From positions 1,035-65,034 of the forward strand of contig JAIELQ010000014.1 of NCBI GenBank assembly GCA_019752815.1: a stretch of DNA of 64,000 bases, written 5' to 3'. Origin of the DNA: Patescibacteria group bacterium. Lineage in GTDB: Bacteria > Patescibacteriota > Minisyncoccia > Phycocordibacterales > UBA918. The notes beneath the pieces are model-generated. The model made no database searches and was not told the origin of the DNA. It saw only the letters and a program-made list of their open reading frames with translations. The first letter of the stretch is position 1. Every line of letters starts with the position of its first letter. The position numbers were made by a program, and so were the translations under genes. This document shows, in pieces, positions 59,601-64,000 of this stretch.

Positions 59601-60247
59601 AACAAATATTCGGTTCAGTATCGAGTGTTCAGCACTTCCGTAATAATCGTGGTGGTGGTGGCAGTAGTGCTAGTGCTGGCGGTAACGCGCCAGCTGGAGC
59701 AGGGAACGTGGGTGGTGGTGGCAGTACGGGTGGAGAAAATATTGGCAATGATCCAGATTTCTTCTCACCAAGTAGTAATAGTGGATCGTGGTCAAGTGGC
59801 GCCAATGCCTATGACGGTGTTGACGGCACGTATGCCACAACGAGTGCCGCCTACAATCATAGTTACAGTAATCATGGTTTTGGTATCCCAGGCACCAACG
59901 TGATTAGTGGAATTATTGTGAAGTTAGAGTTATCTGGTTCAACTGCGGCTGGAACAGTTAATGTGCAATTGTCATGGGATGGAGGTAATACCTGGACTAC
60001 TGCCAAGACCAGTCCAACCCTCACGACTGCTGATGCGGTCAGAACCTTTGGTTCTCCGAGTGATCTCTGGGGTCGTGCGTGGAGTGCGAGTGAATTTACC
60101 AACCCTAACTTTGCGGTGCGCATTGCCGGTAATCCAAGTAGTAATACCGTGAGGCTCGACGCGATACAGGTTCGGGTATACCACACCGCCGGTGGTGGTG
60201 GGGCCGGAGGAGGAGGTGGAGCAGGTGGTGGCGGGGGAGGAATCTAA
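50699..60247 (+). CDS. second giant surface protein, main part (3182 aa): BNR/Asp-box propeller repeats, SVPWDxxT repeat module, LamG/ConA-like domain, poly-Gly C-terminus
   Basis: 12 or more copies of VMYSxDGIxWxxxS...NDxWxSVTYGNGRFVAVG. LamG-like: FDGTGISMTATSS...DGVSDYIDLVG...RFNGQVDEVRIASTTRSAAWLKAEY. C-terminus AGGGGAGGGGGAGGGGGGI. Confidence 0.65.
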   Translation: MYSNDGITWATSSAAGNNDSWISVTYGNGHYVGVGNSGDRVMYSNDGITWATTTASGDNDSWNSITYINGRFTVVGSGPGTNRVMYANAFNILEQTAFRFRADDGSEIAASYRGGQNQNLTTPTSTAFRLRAQVASTIDQNLLGGFKLQYRETTDDSWFDVGVDQGAPSIVAATSSRTAGDVLSRTVALPTCTAGNLLLAVVSYDGVGSATTTLSQGWTKFAERSNALVVSSVLFWKYSTGNDTLTVQTPVSEESSHVVYCIANAGAPSASGADSSGTGSNPPLHRAGPTRQHLWIVVRSGDAQIQATAAPTGYTAPIVITANTLTGASTYTAFSMFLSSTTDPGTFTNAVEEWVAWTIAVPPRHTPVVGTAGMMTHATATGANNTQYGSIAWTNPNNARSSDNARATLTVSSTTASNNLTVSSLGFAIPAGATILGIEAEVEKTQTGGAAGNVRDNSIRLLKNGTTTGIANLAQTATNWLLTTDYLITYGSTTELWGTTWTPADINNSGFGLAIAVQGAAVGANRVANIDNVIIRVHYRLPGSIALASSTFIASGAPSTTAQLLTPGTIAATSTGFSAGRVTDDVAVLNQLSVVTSRYTELEWTLVATGTATTGSQYLLRVVSENGDPLQAYKTTPFVRISNATTTGVINISGRVLGPTGSATIPAGVPIVAAVGQLNPVLYATTTSATGAYTFSIATGTTPGASWDGVSAVGNNDIWQSVTYGNGLFVAVGSTSVDNVMISTDGIAWATTSAVGNNDSWESVTYGNGRFVAVGDAGDRVMYSDEGIVWNTTSVAGNNDSWRSVTYGNGRFVAVGSAGDRVMYSDDGISWTVVTALGNNDFWQSVTYGNGRFVAVGDYLQPGDGVMYSDDGISWTVVSAAGSDDTWRSVTYGNGRFVAVGEGGDTRVMYSTDGISWTTASALGNNDTWTSITYGNGRFVAVGVGDVVSEQAMYSTDGISWTVASAPAGANTWRSVTYGNGRFVAVSASGQPVMLSDAGIGDTTPAVVYTNNATTSAAGFMMGLSGTTSQSNVVLYQNDVTVLNATTSATSSITKLDDMTFFDSSFDSNVGYSASRDGTLTFTDDLRVATGTAQFLGRDFRVEQEVEIQGVLDLFGTASNTINSLVVATSGRLVGTRNGLIVGSYNNNGTVVTNGATTTFVGLTGYNTQYPVFQTSTTTESVGSTMNGIAMSEDGTKFFYTNFDQVKEVTLSVPYDLRTGSITHTVDLENGFYITTESLHVVQDGRKMYVSGWQNDTIKEYTLSVPWNLSTATFTASTSLGANNFPHSVFVSDDGQHLYSTVRSPERIRQYRFAVPYDITSLVFVASTSNNERIASNAIWASPDGEFLIQAGAQGSINRLRMTTPWDITSLVTDNSGNSVLTELITDNNRDVEGFWFDRTGTKMVAITADRIAALYTLGADIGGNLTGSSSLGSVVFDGGKSTFVSSASTTNLHVNPNAILVAPTTTLSIAGNYLNTGEFDHASFNGTVVLSGTSSSITGSTTGTSSLNNLVVTGNYSFAGAGTTSVRNMTVVPGATLNFVANSGLEVAENYTNNGTTTLPTTRIVATGRGFDLSQAPLGNEYSVGAQTFEPRGIEFSATGSLMYITETSSNQILAYRLGIPWEVSTASYLYATSVGAVSSNVTSIRFKPDGMRLFVTNYDNDFIAEYALSVPWDIRTTSFLATTSSAFNITSIDFSRDGTRFYVHGIQNNGVTKQYTLGVPWDLSTQTYTDGYYSTPAFTLASTISADGTSFFQKVGSAIRQYRLLVPHDFNTVQIVGDFDLSPFMDHNGVEEMTFDNDGTRMYLTSNFTDSVFQFNLIDSQTFGGTMTGTSSLANFRASSTLPLTFAATASTSDFTIVPGAVVYAPTSTLIVSGNFTNAGTFIPRAGTTTLSGTARTITGNITSLDSVTNSPDYGLANITGTYTYIGNGTTSALTINSGASLTAPSNGRLMIAHDFINRGTYTNNGATTTLGGNLRSAATGTNALGNTVIDARSQGQNWQALTPAGNNDAWMDVTYGEGRFVAVSQFSGDKVMYSDDGVSWTASAGTAGDWNAVTYGNGRFVAVGFAGSNRVMYSDDGITWNAVSVFGDNDSWVSITYGNGRFVAGASSGDNRVMYSDDGISWNAVSVFGNNDEWNAVTYGNGRFVAVGADCGSSPSMMYSADGINWASSTIGICKVYGVTYGNGRFVAVGAFSGTPIQYSEDGVTWTPTTISSGNWYDVTYGNGRFVAVGNFAAGDGLAYSSDGVNWATSSVAGNDEWWQGIAYGNGRFVAVAEDGTNRAMVALPQTIFNQNASTTNLTITGSSTLNASGTTVSVAGNYQNLGTLTASTSTFVFNGTGPQVASGTMSASSSFRNLTLSNTSGNGTTSRSITFGAPLSVTGTSTITASTSVAFQAGATSTFSQVSWQGTAGSPVWLRSTATGTPWNLTITGNKTVDYVNVRDSNATSTVGGITPTNSTNAGNNTNWIFGGGPVAQVWNATDWTLFDTITIQEENIDATLTDFPVYVNLADLSSTFWSTTPAGAALVGTDIRVTTADNIEIPRELVFASSTLDTGELHFRAPQILSTTDTTFKIWYNGTTTGDYARTATYGTENVWTNDYVAVLHLNEVGNSTANGYLDSTTNGFDGTGISMTATSSVTGKLGVAQDLDGVSDYIDLVGSVTLGSSTISTWVNVASADLQPCDGLVFSRGTNVSGINVGNCSDGLNVGYHWNDAQFGWATGSPVVTNRWSYIALAVGADRATTFSNGTSTTNVATHATSTFDDIRIGEDEFNDRRFNGQVDEVRIASTTRSAAWLKAEYTNQSTTTNFYTVNLSGVVGSSTISNSVAGQVGNAFTSQNVTDGTLYSFRVVPNSGTADATEVRIDVTGLQNVNPENFSNMRIAWDFNENGTFDVEDFVIVDSGLFTANGQNGSIAFDDNNVTFGGSNTLTGPINLLIIANWTAPQNGSFMTLRLNPSGLTLVDGNGVQQIFGSVSSVQHFRNNRGGGGSSASAGGNAPAGAGNVGGGGSTGGENIGNDPDFFSPSSNSGSWSSGANAYDGVDGTYATTSAAYNHSYSNHGFGIPGTNVISGIIVKLELSGSTAAGTVNVQLSWDGGNTWTTAKTSPTLTTADAVRTFGSPSDLWGRAWSASEFTNPNFAVRIAGNPSSNTVRLDAIQVRVYHTAGGGGAGGGGGAGGGGGGI

Positions 60248-60337
60248 GATATGTGATATCCCCAGACCATACGTACAACGTAAAATTATTACTAAAAAGG
60301 TTGCTAAAATAATAATAAATAAATTAATAAAAAATAT

Positions 60338-61027
60338 ATGAAGTCAACATTAACTCTTACCGTAACAATCAAGCAGGCGTTTGTTACCGCACTTATCGCT
60401 ATGGTTATCAGCGCAGTTTCATTTGGTATACTAGAGCCAGCGCTTGGGCACGCCCAAACTGATGAATTTCTTGTCACCCAAACGATCACAAGTGAAATTT
60501 CATTTGTTGCCTCTACATCGGATGTGGTAATGACACCCAACCTTCAGTCTCTCACCGGAGGAACTAGTCTTGGTACTACGACAGTGGTGATTCGTACCAA
60601 CGACAATGACGGATATAACTTGACGATTCATTTCTCGAGTACTACAGCTATGGCTAGAAATGGCGGTGGTGGCGTAATCAATAACTATGTCGCGACAGCA
60701 ACACCTGACTTTGCGTATAATACCGGACAAGTGTTTGGTCAGCTAGCCTACCGGGTTACTGGTGCACAGGCGGCTGATGTTGACCCGACCTTCCGAGACA
60801 ATGGTGCCGCGTGTGGTACTGGAGGCGGTAACACCTACGGCGCTTGCTGGATGGGTCCGGAAACAGCCGGTAATGCCGAAATGATTATTAACCGGGCCTC
60901 TTCGACACCTGGTGGCGGATCAACTACAACATTAAACTTTAGAGTGACTATTCCAGCTAACCCAAACCCAACTATTCCTGACGGAGTGTACGTAGCTACT
61001 TCTACATTGACTGCCGTTACCAACTAA
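60338..61027 (+). CDS. secreted Cys-loop protein, WxL-domain-like (paralog 1)
   Basis: Signal peptide. CGTGGGNTYGAC loop. C-terminal GVYVATSTLTAVTN resembles the WxL distal motif GxYxGxLTWTL with W replaced by L. Confidence 0.4.
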   Translation: MKSTLTLTVTIKQAFVTALIAMVISAVSFGILEPALGHAQTDEFLVTQTITSEISFVASTSDVVMTPNLQSLTGGTSLGTTTVVIRTNDNDGYNLTIHFSSTTAMARNGGGGVINNYVATATPDFAYNTGQVFGQLAYRVTGAQAADVDPTFRDNGAACGTGGGNTYGACWMGPETAGNAEMIINRASSTPGGGSTTTLNFRVTIPANPNPTIPDGVYVATSTLTAVTN

Positions 61028-61051
61028 CGTACACTGGCACTAACATAGGTT

Positions 61052-62098
61052 ATGTCCAGTCTCACCTTCAGACTCCAGTTCGTCACGTTTGCGCTATTTG
61101 CAATGTTACTGATGCCAGGAATCATTCTTGCGCAAACTGCTACTACTACACCAACTGCTTCTACCACTCCTGTTGCTGCACCAGTACCTGATACGGTACT
61201 ACCTGATACATATCGCATTGAACAATTGTTTGGTGACGAGGTGGTAGGTGACTTTGTGGTAGGACCAGGCAAGGTGGAATTACAAATAGCGCCTGGACAG
61301 AGTAAAACGGTAACAATTAGTGTATCCAATCGTACCGGAGCAGCCAAGCTCTTTAAGCTAGAAATGGAAGATGCGGCTGGCTCACAAGATCCCAACACAC
61401 CGATTGTTCTCCTTGGTGAACAAACGGGACCATATACGATGAAAGATTTCATTAGGGTAGCTGATGATTCTTTTATCATTGAGCACAACAAGCGTGTGCA
61501 GATTCCCGTAACGATTACACTGCCTGTTAATGCTGAGCCGGGAGGACTGTATGGGAGCCTCTTGGTAACTACTAGTTCGCTCACTCCAGAAACTGAATCT
61601 GGTGCGCCTCGTTCAGCGATTGTCAGTCGAATTGGTACATTGTTTTTTATCACCGTACCAGGTGCTGTTGAACGAAGTGGAGAAATGATTGATTTTTCAA
61701 CTGTCCCTGAGAAAAAGTTTTACACAAAAGGACCAGTCACCATGGGTGTTTTATTTGAGAACACTGGTTCAATGCATCTCAATCCCTACGGTTCGATAAC
61801 AGTCAAAAATACCTTTGGTGAAGAAGTTGGTTTCGTTGAAATTGAACCGTGGTTTGTGATGCCTAAGTCATTGCGTTTGCGTGAGATAACCTGGGACAGA
61901 GAGTTATTGTTTGGGCGCTACGCCATTACTGCTGAAATTAATCGGGGGTATGATGATGTGGTTGATACCAAAGTTATGTATATTTGGGTCTTACCATGGC
62001 CAGTTATGTTGGGGTTGTTTACAACGGTGTTCCTTATGTTTATCTTTATTAAATTCATTGCCAGTCGATTTGAATTCAAGCGTAAATCAGTACGCTAA
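61052..62098 (+). CDS. surface protein with N-terminal signal peptide and C-terminal TM anchor plus basic tail (DUF916/DUF3324 CscA-like topology)
   Basis: MSSLTFRLQFVTFALFAMLLMPGIILAQT... ends PWPVMLGLFTTVFLMFIFIKFIASRFEFKRKSVR. Confidence 0.45.
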   Translation: MSSLTFRLQFVTFALFAMLLMPGIILAQTATTTPTASTTPVAAPVPDTVLPDTYRIEQLFGDEVVGDFVVGPGKVELQIAPGQSKTVTISVSNRTGAAKLFKLEMEDAAGSQDPNTPIVLLGEQTGPYTMKDFIRVADDSFIIEHNKRVQIPVTITLPVNAEPGGLYGSLLVTTSSLTPETESGAPRSAIVSRIGTLFFITVPGAVERSGEMIDFSTVPEKKFYTKGPVTMGVLFENTGSMHLNPYGSITVKNTFGEEVGFVEIEPWFVMPKSLRLREITWDRELLFGRYAITAEINRGYDDVVDTKVMYIWVLPWPVMLGLFTTVFLMFIFIKFIASRFEFKRKSVR

Positions 62099-62101
62099 AC
62101 T

Positions 62102-62866
62102 ATGGTCCAGATAGTCACCCGTTCTTTCTTGTATGCGGTAAGTACCACTCTTTTAGTGGTTCTTTTGCTTGATGTGGGGAGTGCGCAGGTGATGGAAAGT
62201 AATAATTATAAAATGCAAAGTGACAGCCTCAATGCTGGTGGGGGACTGTCTAACTCAGAGTCCTTTAAAATGGAGGATACAGTCGGTGAGATTGCTACCG
62301 GTAATAGCACGAGCACCAGTTTTAATCTCAGAGCCGGCTATCAGCAAATGCAGGAAGTGTTTCTGGGTCTATCGGCGATTCCAGATGCTATTTTGTCACC
62401 AAATCTCGGAGGAGTGACAGGAGGTACTTCAACTGGGTCGACAACGTTTGTGGTAACTACTGATAGTCCGTCAGGATATACAGCGACGATTGAGGGTTCA
62501 AATAGTCCTGCAATGCGCAGTGGTAGTAATTCAATTGCAGATTATGTCCCAGTAGGCGGTGTGCCCGATTTTGCCCTGATTACTGATTCAAACGAAGCTC
62601 ATTTGGCCTATAGTCCTGAAGGGACTGATATTGCTGTGCGATTTCAAGATGCGGGTAGTGTCTGTGGTGTCGCCGGTAGCGATACACCCAATCGGTGTTA
62701 TCAAGGATTATCCACGACCCCGGTGGAGATAGTGCGGCGTACGACCCCTAATCATCCTGCTGGTTCCACTACTACCATTAAGTTTAGTGTTGGTATTGGT
62801 GGTACTATAGATGTACCCGAGGGTGTGTATGTAGCGACGACCACCATCACGGCGTTGCCATTATGA
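62102..62866 (+). CDS. secreted Cys-loop protein, WxL-domain-like (paralog 2)
   Basis: Signal peptide. CGVAGSDTPNRC loop. C-terminal EGVYVATTTITALPL, paralogous to 60338. Confidence 0.4.
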   Translation: MVQIVTRSFLYAVSTTLLVVLLLDVGSAQVMESNNYKMQSDSLNAGGGLSNSESFKMEDTVGEIATGNSTSTSFNLRAGYQQMQEVFLGLSAIPDAILSPNLGGVTGGTSTGSTTFVVTTDSPSGYTATIEGSNSPAMRSGSNSIADYVPVGGVPDFALITDSNEAHLAYSPEGTDIAVRFQDAGSVCGVAGSDTPNRCYQGLSTTPVEIVRRTTPNHPAGSTTTIKFSVGIGGTIDVPEGVYVATTTITALPL

Positions 62867-64000
62867 TGACACTCCAAAAATTTTGCTATGGGCTTTTGGT
62901 ACTAACGCTCTTTACACCTGGCGCACTGTTTGCAGTTGGTGATGATATTACCATTTCACAACAAATTGGAATTGATACTGCGCCACCGACTACCCCAATT
63001 TTACAAACCGTGGTTCCGGTTGCTACAACCCAAATTGATGTGACTTGGTCAGCCTCGACTGACGATATTGCAGTAGCAGGGTATCGGTTATTCCGCGGAG
63101 GAGTACAAATCGCAACCACCACGCTATTGTCCTATAGTGATACCGGACTTACACCTAGTACGACGTATCAGTATACCGTTGATGCGTTTGATACTTCTTT
63201 TAACTTTTCCTCCACATCACCGCAAGTCTCAACCACTACCTTAAATATAGTCGTCACGCCAACCCCTTCAAGTACAGGAACTACGAGTGGCTCTTCTGGT
63301 ACTCGGACGGCACCAAATGTCGTATCTTTTCAAATTACCACCACTGAACGAAGTGCATTTTTTACTTGGGAAACAAGTAATCCTACCCAGTATGTCATCG
63401 CCTGGGGGCGTACGACCGCCTATGAATTAGGGTCAGTATCAGGTAGTACATACAAACAAAATCACACTACGGTAATTGATGCGCTTGAGCCGGGTACTCG
63501 GTACTATTATGAGTTACGAGCAATCAATGTCCGTGGCATAACTACTGTTCTGTCAGCTGACAGCTTTACTACTAAAAGCGCGGTGACTACAGGTACACTG
63601 CCAAACGTACAGGGCTTTATCGCCCAAGCGCGAGACACTGACGTTGTCTTGTCCTGGAGGAATGTCTTTTCAAATCCTGACTATTATGTTCGGATTGTGC
63701 GAAGCCATTTCTTTTACCCCAGCAACATTCAAGGTGGGGCAGTAGTGTATGAAGGTAAGGGAGAGTCTTTTACCGATCGTGACGCACTGGCGTTGCGCTC
63801 GCCCCAGTATTACACGATTTTTGTACGTAATACCTCGGGTGACGTCTCGTCGGGTGCAATTGCCCGAGCGTTCAAAATGATTGAGGGAGGGAATGGTCAG
63901 CCCACTGGTACGCAGTCAACGAATACTCAAGCAACGAGCACTATTCCCGCTGATATTGGTGACGATACCATTTTGCGGGCTATCGACATCACTATTGTGC
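62866..64000 (+). CDS. secreted protein with 3 or more fibronectin-type-III-like domains (3' end beyond window)
   Basis: ATG 62866 overlaps the upstream stop (TGATG). Signal peptide, then FN3-like units (TQIDVTWSASTDDIAVAGYRLFRGG...TTYQYTVDAFD; FFTWETSNPTQYVIAWG...GTRYYYELRAIN). Not in the ORF track because it is incomplete. Confidence 0.55.
   Translation, partial: MTLQKFCYGLLVLTLFTPGALFAVGDDITISQQIGIDTAPPTTPILQTVVPVATTQIDVTWSASTDDIAVAGYRLFRGGVQIATTTLLSYSDTGLTPSTTYQYTVDAFDTSFNFSSTSPQVSTTTLNIVVTPTPSSTGTTSGSSGTRTAPNVVSFQITTTERSAFFTWETSNPTQYVIAWGRTTAYELGSVSGSTYKQNHTTVIDALEPGTRYYYELRAINVRGITTVLSADSFTTKSAVTTGTLPNVQGFIAQARDTDVVLSWRNVFSNPDYYVRIVRSHFFYPSNIQGGAVVYEGKGESFTDRDALALRSPQYYTIFVRNTSGDVSSGAIARAFKMIEGGNGQPTGTQSTNTQATSTIPADIGDDTILRAIDITIV

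Noticed and set aside
40832-60247. Diversity-generating retroelement (DGR) acting on the giant proteins
   Set aside because: No reverse-transcriptase ORF (no YxDD motif) anywhere in the window, and the intragenic repeats are either exact or diverged at all bases rather than adenine-specific.

Overview
This 64 kb window from a compact-genome bacterium contains mostly + strand chromosomal core genes, one long - strand operon, and no rRNA, tRNA, CRISPR array, transposase or integrase that I could find. The style fits a monoderm, CPR/Patescibacteria-like organism, but that is an inference: proteins are short (MurC 430 aa, MetK 315 aa), two genes exceed 3000 codons, and many genes have a -10 box directly against the ATG with no Shine-Dalgarno. 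Four blocks.

(1) 1-10.2 kb, cell-envelope and housekeeping genes: murC, a candidate SAM-I riboswitch with terminator upstream of a compact metK, rsmI, a DUF4015-like glycoside-hydrolase-like membrane protein, a fusion of an L,D-transpeptidase-like domain (catalytic Cys replaced by Gly) with a serine DD-carboxypeptidase, and a T4SS coupling-protein-like P-loop ATPase with a long proline-rich tail.

(2) about 10.2-32.2 kb, a low-GC surface-glycan locus. It encodes a complete GDP-D-glycero-D-manno-heptose pathway (gmhA, hddA, hddC-like, and gmhB fused to a GT-B glycosyltransferase), four methyltransferases (two FkbM-type), GT2, GT4 and GT32 glycosyltransferases, a Wzx flippase, a sulfotransferase-like protein, an O-antigen-ligase-like protein with a TPR tail, YvcK and murB. 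Most of it is one roughly 11 kb - strand operon (24310 down to 12973).

(3) 33.2-39 kb: a small K/A-repeat histone-H1-like protein with an upstream mini-ORF, secA, a 380-nt structured non-coding spacer, obg and gatB.

(4) 39-64 kb, a surface-protein region. Two paralogous membrane-anchored excisionase/MerR-type HTH proteins sit immediately upstream of, and one is translationally coupled to, a 3014-aa LVIVD beta-propeller protein. A second giant gene follows: BNR/Asp-box repeats, a LamG domain and a poly-Gly tail, split by a +1 frameshift at a short G-tract. Then comes a cluster that resembles Gram-positive WxL/Csc surface-complex operons: two paralogous secreted Cys-loop proteins flanking a C-terminally anchored protein, followed by an FN3-repeat protein.

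The most likely undescribed system is the operon of HTH-TM regulators plus giant propeller proteins, together with the adjacent WxL-like cluster and the methyl/sulfo-heptose glycan locus that may decorate them.
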